From Bilabrum cf. latius (Eukaryota): a stretch of DNA of 64,000 nucleotides. The DNA lies in the NCBI GenBank assembly GCA_965178125.1, contig OZ237768.1, positions 62,001 to 126,000 on the forward strand. The letters are read 5' to 3'. Shown here in pieces: positions 23,801 through 36,000 of the stretch. The notes beneath the pieces were generated by a model, which saw nothing but the letters and a program-made list of their open reading frames with translations, did no database searches and was not told where the DNA came from. Position numbers and translations under genes: made by a program. The first letter of the stretch is position 1. Each line of letters begins with the position of its first letter.

Positions 23801-26365
23801 CTCGCCAAAGCCTTGGCCATATCGCTCGTGCTCCCGAAATAGTCCCCATAATCGTGAATGTCTAACGCGGTCAGTGACGTCGACGACTTCAAGCCGAGCA
23901 AGAACTCCTGTGCAGGCGGCATAAAGAGCCCCCGATAGCGTCTAGTAGATATAGTGCCAATGAGCCGGATGTGCTGCAGCGGGATGCTCCTGCGCGTCAC
24001 CTAGTGAAACTGCACGCTTCCAGGTCCGTGCATGAGCAAGCAGCCGACAGCCTCCCGAGCTCCAGCCTGGTCAGTGATGTATCCGCCTGGTATGCTGCCC
24101 GGCGCAATGTTGGCTCTGAGTTGACCTCGAAATCTCCCTAAATGGGGACGTTCTTGGCGCGAGATGTACTCGACCTGCCCATCCAGCCGTGGAAAGTCCA
24201 GGCGGCCGACTCCACCCGCGATAGAGAGAAGAGACAGCAGCACGCCCACGCACTCATCTCCCATTGCGCTGCCTGTCAGTGACAGTCTGTCGAGTCCATC
24301 CCCCCTACTGGCCCTGCAGCAGATCGCCGCCCCGAGACAAGCAACGTTGCGGAGGGCGCTCCCTCTGCTACACGATGCGTGGACGAGCTAAGCTCTAGCT
24401 CTTGCAACTGCAGCATACTTTCGCGCAACCGCTGGATCGATACCTAGGAGCCTATCGGCCATGCCAGAGGCGCGTGATCTTGCAGGTTTCGCAGGTGCTG
24501 GTGCACGGTTCGCAGGTGCTGGAGGACAGTCAGCCACTGCTGCAAGCCCAGCGCCATTCCAAAGCAGCCGACCAGTGGGCCACAGCCTGGGTGTGTCGGT
24601 TGCCTGCGATTCGTCAGCGCCCCCTAGCTTCTTCCAGTCCTCCGGAGGCTCGCTTGACTTCGTCAGCGGCACCACGGGTAGCACTGCTCGTGGCTTGCCG
24701 CCGTCACCCACAAGAACCGCACAGCGAGTGGCCAAGCCGCGAGGCCTGTGTTCTGGCAGCAGCGGCAGGACGGAGCATGGCGCAACAGTGCCCAGATCAT
24801 CTGGAACTCTAGCCAGTGACGGAAGTATCATCATATGAGCTTCGTACTTGGCCTTCTCCTCATCAGTTACTTGAAATATGTTGGGTATGTCTGACAGGTT
24901 GAGGTGACGCAGGCTCGAGTTCGCAGCAAGCCCCCATGACATGTCCCGGAATGCGTTTGGGCACATCATACAGCCTCGCAGCGACAGCGATCGCAATCTA
25001 CACGCTCTACTGTGGCAAAGCATTAGTCCGAGAGCCATACCGTCTTCATTGTTTGACAGTTGGGATCCGTCCAAGCTGAGCTCCGTCAAACGCGAGAGGG
25101 AGGGGAAAAAATACAGAGGGCTCTATTGATGGGACCACGAGCCCATACCAGGCAAATCCATTTGCTCAATGCGTGCGTTCAGCTCGATGCTTGCGCTTTT
25201 CAGCTTTCGTAGGCGAGCGAAATCACGCAACACGAGCTGTTGCACACTAAAATCTCTCCGCACGCCAACAGCCTGAGTGCCGACAGGTAGCGTCGATAGC
25301 GCCGCCACATCATCGATCCACTGCGAGAGCTTGAGGAAGACTTGTACACAGAACACTTGGTCATCAGATTTGCTATTGCATCGAGGCAGAAGCTGCACGG
25401 CCCGGGATCAAACATCCGTCTGAACCGGGTATCAGTACTCTCCGGATGCTTAGGAAGTCACAGCACAACCATCTGCGCAATCTTCAATCTCCTAGAGCTG
25501 CACGATGGCCTGGTAGCAACACCCGTACCACCAGAGTTGGAGATGTCGAAGTCGGTGTAGCTTCCCAAGGATGTCTATGGGTGAAGAAGTTTACCCGATC
25601 AGCTTGCACCTCCTGATGGTGTTGAGGCGTATCGCCACCTTTGCTGGAGTGGCCATTCGGATATTGTAGGCAGCCAATGCAAGCCAGCTGCTCGTGGCGT
25701 TCTCCCAGAAATTGGTTGGATTGGCTCACCTCCATCCGGATGTTGGACTGAAATGAATCGCTATCCATACAAATCCGATCGAACCACCCCTTTTTTTCTG
25801 CTTTTCTCTCAATTCTTGAGGAGGATAGATACCGCCATAAGGATCCACCAAGGCGTTGAACTGCATATGGACCATGCCTCGGGTTTTCTCCAGTCAAATC
25901 GCACTCCGAGTCGCCGCACAGAGCATTGCAGGCCTGCTTGCTTGCTTGTATGGCTGCATGCATGCACGCAGCGGTGGTGCCGGTGGAACTGGAGCCTCGT
26001 TCCGGACAGGCTTGTAGGTCAGTACAACAGGTAGCAGATCGAGCCTTGGAAGCTGGATCAATACGCCCAGCTGCCCACTGGCAAGGCGCGACTCGGGCTT
26101 GAGGTGATACCCCGCTGCCCAGCCACCACCTGTCACAGGCAGAACAAATCGCCACAGCAGCGGGCCTGCAGGCTCGCAGTGAGTAGCTGACCAAGCTCAC
26201 TGGCATCAATGGGAGCAATCATCGCGGTAGAGGGCATCACGTGCCTGGTCTGTGTCCCGCTGGCGGCGGCAGCCCAGCTTGATCCGGAACGTTACCCTAC
26301 TGTACTTGTTGCGACCAGGGTGAATCTCGCGTGCCACCAATGCATCGCCCTTATTGTGATCGAGG
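17460..26365. repeat. Tandem segmental duplication, two ~4.3-kb copies with a ~4.6-kb period
   Basis: ~17460-21780 aligns with ~22060-26365. For example, the 233-aa ORFs 19786-20487 and 24388-25089 are identical. Confidence 0.93.
22045..25407 (-). CDS. LRR/RNI-like protein, paralogue 2 (main open frame; start and 5' exons unresolved, possibly extending to ~26.3 kb)
   Basis: Near-identical copy of paralogue 1 at an offset of ~4.6 kb. ORFs 25123-25398, 24388-25089, 24001-24264 and 22099-24000 share one frame and are separated by TAG. Ends at TGA 22045-22047. Confidence 0.7.
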
Positions 26366-27066
26366 ATGACTTGTGGCCCATGTGCCATGAGAAGCCATTT
26401 TGCGGGACAGGATCTGCGGTATGGGGCCATAAAGCCTCAGTGAGATCCTCACTCATCAGGAATACCAAAATAATTTGTAGGATAAAGACACCACACGTGC
26501 AGCCACGGATGGTTGTCACACCACCAAGGTGGAGCCATCAAAGATGACCTGAGAAACGAATGTGATCAAAAGACCTGTAGCCCTCTCGCCTCCCCCTTCC
26601 CCCCCCCCCTGGATTCCTCGTCTCATGACGCTACACACAACGAGACGATCACCCAAAGATTTAGCCACTCATCCACCAAAGGACCAGAGGGAAGGAGGGT
26701 GAGCGCGATCTATCCTCGTAAGAGCACCGGACCGTCAACACAAGCCATCCGCCACCAGCGGGTCGCCCATGCACGACGTCACGGTAGCTAGAAATGTCTC
26801 CTCCCTTTCGCACAAGACACAACGGAGCGAAGCCGCCATCTCACGCCCCCAGATCCTCGCGAGAGTGGTGCATGAGCCCTCTAGGGCGCCCCACAAGGTG
26901 TCACCTCCGACCCTCATGAGATAGATCTATCAAGCTGCGTCTTGCAGGCTGGGGGGTAGCCTTTGTTGCGTGCGGTTCGGTCCGGCCAGACTTTGATCCG
27001 TTAGATCCACACCTGAATAGCTGCGGTAGGCCCACTTGCGAACAATTCAGACATCGTACAGCTACA

Positions 27067-30000
27067 ATGGTAGATGCAGATGGCATCGCGCTGGCCCAAA
27101 CTATGGCTCCGACGGGCTTGCGCCCGTCGGATCGGGACGGAAGCCTGCTTGAGGAGGAATGGGAGGTACAGCAGGGTGACATCGTGGCTCGGGTGCGAAA
27201 ACTCGGCCGAAAATCGTTTTATACAACATCACGCATGGTGGATCCGGTCGAGACTGCGCCCAATCTCGTTTGGCGGAGCATAGGCCGCCTAGGTAAGGCC
27301 CGTCGAGGATAGTCTTGGGACCGCTGGCGCGGCAGAGCCCTTCGGCGACTAAGGCATGCAGTTGCAAGACGGGTTAAACATTCATTAGTGCCACGACTGG
27401 CGTCGGATGGGGCGAGCGGCCCGTCTGCCGGGGTGGCAACCGCGCTGGAGGCAGCCGCCGCCCTGCCAGGTGGGGGTGCCAGCCGCCGCGAGATGGAGCA
27501 GGTGCGCAAGGACACGGCGCAGATGCGCTCCGATGCGGCGCGCTCGGACGAGATCGCAAGGGAAGCGGACGCCGCCCGTGGCCGCGGCGGTTCATCCTCC
27601 TCCTCGTCCTCCTCCTCCTTGTCGGGAGGCCACGGGCTGCACTTTAGCACGGAGGGATGGGAGGCCAGCGAGGTGCGAGCGGCCTGCGATGCGATGGTGG
27701 CCGAGGCAGTCAGCTCGCTAGACCCGGTGCGGCGGGAGGTTGCCACCGAGGTGCTGAGGGAGGTGGTGGTGCGGCACAGTGACGCGAGGCTGTACACGGA
27801 GAGAGTGCACGTTACTGCACTGGCCGAGCACGCCTTGAGGCTGCCCATCCCCCTGCTGGGTCCGCAGGCCGCGCAAGCAAACCGGTTGGCCCGGGCGGAG
27901 GGCGGTCCCTGGTGCGGGGGCGGGGCCGAGCCCCCTGATGCAGATGCCGCTGCTGTGTCAGCGGAGGGTCTGGGCCCGCAGAGCGCGAGGAGACGGGAGG
28001 CAGCGCTCAGGGTGCAGGCGTCCCGTGGGCTAGGGCGCATGTCGTGCGGGGCGCCCTGGCTGCAGGCAGGGCAGGGCATGGGGGCGCAGTCCATAGCGGG
28101 TGCGGGAGGGCAGGAGTAGGAAGGATACAGGCAGCAGGGGGGCCATGGGCCGGGCCTGGGCGAGGTTCCCGAGGGCGACGAGGACGAGGAGGGGGGCGAG
28201 GGGGGAGAGGGATACAGGGGTATGGGGCGGGCGGGGGATCCAGCAGATGGTGTGGAGGCAGGCAAAGACCGGAAGTACATAGCAACGTGGGTCGACCAGC
28301 CATACCGCCCCGCATACGCCCGGGACGCGGATCTCCGCGGTGACTCCCGATTTCGCCGACCCCCCGGTCCGGTATACCCGCCCGATGTACCCTGCCTTCA
28401 CGCCCTGAGTCTGCTGGTGCCTCGCATGCCGGGCAAGGTGGACCGCTCTAGGGTCCTTAGCCGATGCGTGCACCTGCTGAACTACGAGGCAGACCTTGCC
28501 GCTCGCAGGCTGTAGCTGTGGTGGAGGGCGAGAGAGGCGCGCCGGCCGCTCCTGTCGTACTCTAGCTCTGGGGACAAGGATGCCAAGGCGCAGATGCACG
28601 TGGTGGTGGCTCTGCAGCTGAGGAGGGTGCTCCTACGGCGGAGGTGGGCGTGGATGAGGGCAGAGTGCGAGGGGGCGGGCGTGCTCAGCGGACTGGCGCT
28701 GCAGTACCTGCTGCGGACCATGGCGGAGTGCCTGGACTGCAGCGTGGCGCAGGGGGAGGAGCGGGTGGTGCTGCAGGAGGGGGTGCTGGACGATGACGGG
28801 GATGGGAGGCAGCACTTGCTGGGTGAGGACGATGACGAGGACGATGACGATGACGCTGACGAGGACGGAGGGGCCGGAGCGAGCGGTGCGCCCGTGGGAG
28901 ATGGGGCCTCTGTGGGTGGAGCCACGGGAGCGAGCGGCCACATGGGGTCGCGGGACGAGGGCGAAGGCTCAAGGCGACGCAAGCGGCGGAAGAGCAAGAG
29001 GAAGGGAAAGGGAAAGGGAGGGGGCACCGGGGGCGAGGAGGCTGATGAGGACCTGGGTCCCGCGCAACTGGTGCAGCAGGTGAGGGCCAGGCGGTGCCTG
29101 CTGGCCAGGAAGCTGGAGCAGGACGGGGGCCTCTTCTGGCTGCCGTCCCTGTTGCTGCACTCGCACCTGGGCGTGAGGAGAGAGGCGGGGAGGGTGGTGA
29201 TGTCGCTATGCAGGCTCAGGTGGATGCGGGCGGCACTCTTGCTGCACGACCTGCACGGCTCTGTGGCCACGCTGCTCGAGGCCAGGGGTGCCTCAGCGGA
29301 GGAGGCTCGGGAGGACGCCCTGGCAGATCTCGCGGAGGACCTGGGCATGATGCCCGGGGCTATCGAAGAAGCCAACCACGACGACGAGGAGGAGGATGAC
29401 GACGATGAAGAAGGATAGGACGGCAGACAGCACGGGGAGGAGGAGTCCAAACAGGTGGAGCTCGGCGAGGGGGGCCCATCAGCGACGGCGGGGGAACCTT
29501 CGCTGGTATCGCTGCCCGAGCCTTCTGGGGGAGATGTCGGGCCCGCCAGCTCACTCAGGCCCGCGGGTGCCTCTGTGGGGGAGGGCCCCGAGGTGTCCAT
29601 GCCCACTGCGGACAGCAGGCCGGGGACAGAAGGAGGCGACAGGAGAGACAGAGGCAGTGCCAGTGCCAGTGCAAGCAGGGGCGTGCACTCGCCGCGGGGA
29701 GCATCAGGAGGATTAGGGAAGCATGGGGATAGCAATCCATCCCGGGAACAGGAAGGTGCATCGAACGACGGTGCATCGGAGGGGGGCAAGCATTCAGTGG
29801 CTCCCAGATACAAGCAGCCCTGGAACTACGCCCAGGCCAGGGCGGGGGGGGACGGAGCCGCCCCGGAGACTGCGTTAGACTTGTCCGCTCCGACTCCGCG
29901 CACGGTCATGTCAGATAGCAGCACTGTGGATAGCAGCAGCAAGCAAGGGCATGGGCAGGGACAGGGACACGCCGCACTCCGCCCACCGAGCTCTCCACTC

Positions 30001-33000
30001 CGCCCCCCTGCCGAGTTCACGCTTGGCACTGTGTCGGAGGAGGACAAGCGCGGTGCTGGGGTGCATGGGGGCGGCCAAACCGGTGGCAGGGGCCGTAGCG
30101 ACTCGTCCATAGATTACGGAGACGGCGGTGACTCGTCCAGCAGCGGCGAGTACGAGAGCGACGAAGAGGACGTGGCAGCCTATGCCGCCATGCTGGCGAG
30201 GGATATGGCGGGGGGGTCGCACGGAGGACAAGGTGGGGGGCTGCAGCAGGGGAGCGCGCTCTCGGGGGGTCCGTCCTCCGTGTTTATGGGGGGTCTGGAT
30301 AGCCAGTCAGCGGTCCGGGGGCCCGATGGCGAGGTGGGTGCATCGCGTGGCGGTGCAGGTGCAGACCTGGCCACCTCTGCCGCTCTCGAGGCTGCCTCTG
30401 GTGGTGTGGAGGGCGAGTGGTGGGGCTGGGCCCGGCTGGGGCTGGAGGACCGGCTCCGGGGGCTGGACCTGCTGGATCTGCTGCTGCAGGGGCCGGGTCC
30501 CCGACTGGGGGACGATCTCAAAGCGGCCTCCACGAGCAGCGGCGGGGGCGCTGGCATCGCCGCGAGCAGCGTGGGCGGCAGTGCGGTGACTGGCATGACG
30601 GGCATGAGCGGGTCACAGTCCGGGGCCAGCTCGGCGCGCGGCTCCACTGCCCTGAATGCGTTGCAGGCGATGGAGGAGGCCGAGCGGGAGGAGGAGGAGG
30701 GCATCGAGGGGGCCATGGATGACAGGCCTGAACCAGCTGACGAGCAGCTTAAGGCTCTCCTGCGGGTGGAGCGGGACAAGAAGCGAGCCTCCATGCCCCC
30801 GCCCTCCTACATCGTTGGAAGGGTGCACAGGCGACTGAAGCAACTCGCAGCAGTGGCCAGGGAACAAGGGATGGAGCGGCTCGGGAGGTGGTCACGCCGG
30901 GCGGTGCTCAGGGTGGAGAGCGCGGGGGCAGTGGAAGACGAGGACGATGACGCCGCTCTGGGCGCGACCGCGCGAGGGAGAGCGGGGGGGACACGAGGAG
31001 GGGGAGGGTAGGGTGTGGCTGCAGGTGCGGATCACTACGTGGAGTATGGTGGGTTCACGGGGGTGTACACGTACGGGCTGCGGTTTTCGGAGGGAGTGCT
31101 GGACGCGGAGGGCCCGGGGTACTGGGAGTGTCTGCTGTGCCTGAGGTACAGAGGGGACGATGGGGAGCAGGGGGAGGAGCGGCCCGACCCTGACTCGGAG
31201 GATGGGGGGACGTTGTTGCCCTGGGCAAAAGCACCTGCGGGCAGCGATGCCGCGACTCGCAGGAGCTACTCGATGGCGCCAGCCTCCTGCGGCCCCCCGC
31301 TCGACGTGGCTGCCGAGGCAGGGGCCCGTGGCAGCCTCAGCCGCCGTCTTGCCCAGCTGCTGGCAGCGAGCGACACGGAATCGCAGCTGGGGGCCATGGT
31401 GGCCCTGGAGAAGCTGGCCCGTGGGGCGGGGGCGAGGCGTGCTAGACGGACCTGGTCAAAGCGGGGCCCCGACCCGGGGGTGGAGCTCTCTGACGTGGAG
31501 CGGCAGGTCATGATCAAGGAGGGCAGCAGGAGGCTGTGGCAGCGAGAGACGCAGGTGGGGGCTTGGGAGTCGGCGGAACGGCCCCCCTCCGTGGCTGTAG
31601 AGGTGAGGGTGGCCAAACTGGTGTCGATCCAGCAGGAGGCAGCGCTGGAGCGGCTGGAGAAGGAGGGAGGTGGCTCTCTGGAGGATGCAGCGAATGGGCC
31701 CGCAGGTGGGGATGAGACCGACGATGAAGACGGGGATGGAAATCAGGACGAGGAGGGAAGCGAGGTCGATTCCAAGGAGCAGGGAGAGCGAGACTCGGAC
31801 AGCGACGGCGGGGATGCGAGCGGCAGTTTCATCGGAGGAACTGACCCGGCCGGCACACCTCGTCGGGTCAGGTTCGGCGTGCCTCCGTTGGCAGCAGGCT
31901 CCGTGAGCGGGGATAGTACTAGTTCTCCCAAACGCGTGCACTCCAGCAGGTCACTGCTGAGCACGGGCTCGCAGGGACAGGGACAGGGACAGGGATAGGG
32001 AGGGAAGGAGAGCTCTCGCAGCGGTGCGGAGAAGCGAGGAGCGGGGGACTCGCAGCGGAACGTTCGCCGCGCAAGGTTTGCCAGCGACGGGTCGGGCACC
32101 GGTGGTGGCGACAACGGCAAGCACGCTGGCGAGAAGGAGGAGGAGAAGGAGAGGCAGCAGGATGGCGAGCCCCAGACGAGGTGGATCCTGAGGGGCGTGT
32201 GCTGCTTATTCAGTCGGCCCGTGTGTGAGAGCGTGTGCAGGCGTCCGGCCGTGCTGGCCCGCGTGATCGCCAGCCTCACTTCGCCCTCGGCAATGCTCGC
32301 CGATGCAGCGGCTCGCCTGGTCCGTACCCTTGTGGCGGGCCACTCGTCCAACCGGCGGGCACTCATGCGAGCGCGGCTGCCGCAGGTCCTGAGGCGAGCC
32401 TGCGAGCAGCTCGAGGCAGCCTCTCCTGCATTCACCAGGACACTGCTCCTGTTGCTGCAGTTCGCTGCACCCAAGCCGCGGGTGGCGGAGGATGACCCGG
32501 ACGCGGCTCCTGTGGGCGCCTCCACCTCTGTGCTGGTGGCGGGCGCGGCCAGGTGGCTGCTGCGTCAGCTGTGTGACAGAGACCCAGACTGCGCGGCGGC
32601 GTTCTCGATGGCGGTGCAGCGGCTGGGGGCAGTACCAGCTGTGCTTCGGTTCCTGTGCGGGGGTCTCGATCTCACGCGAGCCATGCAGCTGAGGCGGCGG
32701 GAAGAGAGGTCTTGGAGGCGTGGGGCGGGGCGTGGGGCGGCCAGGGGGGCGCGTATGGCGGGGCCAACCATCCAGGAGGAGGAGGAGGAAGAGGGGGATG
32801 AGGACAATGAGGACGATGGTGACGGGTCGGGCGCTGCCGGGACCAGCAACGCGTCCGCGTCTCCTTCCAAGCGCTCTGTGTCGGCTCCGAGTCCTGGAGC
32901 CAGCCTCCGGATGGGCAGCAGCGGGCGGCTTGGTGGCGGGGACACGTTCGATGAAGACGAGGAGGAGGAAGAAGGAGAGGAGCTGCGGGACGAGGCCGAC

Positions 33001-36000
33001 GAGGAGGATGAGTTGGACGAGGAGGAGCTGGCCGCGCTGCAGCAGGAGCTTCGGTTTGCCTCCGCCCTGGCCCTGGAGCGGCTGGCACTGGACGAAGACG
33101 TGCACGGGGCTCTGGTTGGCCCCCGAGTGCTGGCTCGGCTGCTGTCCGTGATCGGAGACAACCGTCGGGAGCGGTCCGTGGCGCTGGAGCGACTCGCCGT
33201 GGTGCGCCGAGCAGCGGCCGCGATCGCGCAGGCGCAGGCCGTACGTCGCGCCGCAGACAAGGCACGGGCGGACATCGAGGCGCACGAGAGCAAGAGCAAC
33301 AAGCAGCAGACCATCTCAGAAATGCAGGCGGACGAGAAGGCGGAGAAGGAGAAGTTGTCGCAAGAGGCCAAGCCAACGGAACTGCAGGTCGCCGAGGAGG
33401 AGGACGAGAACGTGGATGCCTCGGCGCTCGTAGAGAAGGCAGCTGCGGCCCAGCTCAAGGGGTCCAGGCGGGTGCCGCTGGTGCTGCTGGCGGGCGGGGA
33501 CGACGAGGAGGAGGACGGGCAGGGCGGCGGGGGCGGGAAGGACGGAGCAGAGTCAGTGGCCACGGGCATGTCGCAGGCCTCCGGGGCGACCACGAGGGGC
33601 CCTGGGCTGTCGGTACGCGCAGCGGATCGCAGGCTGCGGAAGGAGAGCGAGGTGCTCGTGGCGGAGGCGGCTGCGGTCGGGAGGGAGCTGGCGCTCGCAA
33701 GGGTGGGCACGCAGGCCGCCTGCCGGACTCTGTACGCGCTCGCTCGCAGCCAGGCCCTGAGCGTATGGGAGAGGCAGAGGGTGCTGAGGGCCGTGGTGGC
33801 CCTCGGCGCGCTGCCTGATCTTCTATCGGTGCTGACCCCGGGGGCGCTGCGAGCCACGTACGGCCGGGAGGAGCAGGCGAGGCGAGAGGCCGTGACTGCG
33901 GTGCGGCAGGCGAACCGGTGGAAGCGGCTCGCTCACGAGGGCCTCTCCGGGGGCATCGGCGTGAACGAGGCAAGGCGCAGAATGCAGAGGGCGAGCGAGT
34001 CAAAGGCGCTGGCTAGGGCGCAGGTGAGGAACGCCATCGCGGCGGCGGACGCGCGGCGGGATGACGAGGACACGCAGGAGGCTGCGGTGATGCTGGTGGG
34101 GGCGCTGGTGCCTCGCTTCCCGGTGGTGGAGGAGGAGGAGGACGCGCTGGTGCCAGGCCAGGGGGTCATCGGGGAGGAGGCGGGCGTGGTGGCGCAGGCC
34201 ATGGCTGCCCCAGGGGCGGAGACGAGCGCCAAGGAGGGCGGCACCCTGACGGTGGCCACGCCCGCGGGGGAAGAGAGGGCCAGGACGGCCGCTGCCAAGG
34301 GGCTGGGGCTCGCGGGGCCTGGCGGTGCTTCCGTGTCGGGGATGGCCGTGTCTAGAGGAGCGTACACTCCCACCGCGGCGACCTCCACCTAGGGTAGCGG
34401 GGGGCTCAGGGGCGTGTCCCCGCAAGGGGGGGTTGGTGGTGAGGGTTCCGTGGGAGGCGATGGCAGCTCCGTCTCGGCCGCCCAGACGGCCTCGATGGCC
34501 CCCGATGCCAGCGGGCTGCTGGACATGGGCGCCTCGGTGCGCTCGGAGGGTGCACGGCACGGTGGTGCAGTGGCAGGTGGTGGGTCCTCGGTGCTTCTGC
34601 CGGCGCGTGAAAGCGGACCTTCAGGGGGGGACGAGCGCCCGCCAGGGTCTGTCGCTGCCGGGGTGTCTGTGCGTGTAGGGGGTCGGACCGACGGTGGGCT
34701 GGGCATGGACAGCGTGGGAGGGAGCGTGGTGGGAGAGACGAGCCTGGTGGGGGAGGAGGCCTCTGTGGCTAGGGGCAGGCCCCCGATGGTGGGCAGCGTG
34801 GACTCGTCCATGGTGCGGCAAGGGGCCCGGGGGCTGCAGGGGATGGGCTCCAGACCCACCGTCAGTTTGGCGCCCTCCACTGCGATGGTCGTGTCCGCCG
34901 GCACCACCCGCGGCAGCCAGCAGGCGGGGCAGACACAGGGCGAGGAGGAGCAGGAGCAGGCGGGAGGGCTGCCGTGGCCGGTCATCCGCCGGTTGGTGCG
35001 CTCTGCCTCTGCAGTTGCCTTGGAGCTGGTGGCCAGCACCCGCTGCGGTTCAGTGCGGGCTGCTGCTCTCCTTGCACTGGCCCGCATGGCCTCCACCAAG
35101 CAGCTCGCCGCCATCCTGGTGGAGCAGGGGGCGGTCAGGCTGGTGGTGGCCTTCTTCCCCCTGCTGGCAAGGGACCCCCCTCTGGGCAACGGGGCCAAGG
35201 GCAAGGCCAAGGGCAAGGGCAAGGGCAAGGGCAAGGTGGCGAAGGGTGCGCATGGCGGCAAGGCCGGAAGCCCTCTTTCCAAGGCCTTCGAGCGCCCCCG
35301 CCAGAAATGGGACAGTCGGTCCATCGTGGACATCGTGGCAAGGCAGCAGGACGCGCGAGCCGCAGCCATGGGAGGCCGCACTCCCATGGGCACGGTGGCG
35401 CCAGGCGAGGTTGTGGCCAACGAAGATTTCGAGGCGGCCGAGGCCACTGAGGGCAGGAGTGTGCAGACAGTGCCCGCTGGGATGGGGGCGAAAGCCAAGG
35501 GAAAAGCGAACGGTGCTTAGCGCGGAGGGCCAGACGGGGACTAGGACGGGCCAGAGCTGCCCTACGGCCGTATGCGCAACGGCGCCTATGCCCTCCGTCA
35601 CGAAGCCTTTGACGAGCTGAGGTGGGGCACTTACCAGCAGGGTGGGGGCCAGGCCTGGGGGCCGCAGGGGGCACTGAACATGGAGGACGGGCCGGGGCGA
35701 GAGCTGGAGCCGCACCCCATGGCGGGGACAGCGACAGGGACAGGTGCATCGCATGGCGAGGCTCAGACGCAGGCTGGTACGCCGGGGCAGCACTCTGTCG
35801 GTTTCGCGGCCCCTACAGCAGACGCGCTGGCCAGGCACTCGTCACAGCAGCAGCGGCAGCAGCAGGCGCGGGAGCAGGAGCAGGACGAGGCGGGGCCCCC
35901 CAACCCCGCGCCCGTGGTGCCTGCATCCCGGCGAGTGCCCCCCGCACTCCTGCGGTACCTACCCCGAGGGCACGACGCGGGCATGCCACACCCCAAGCAG

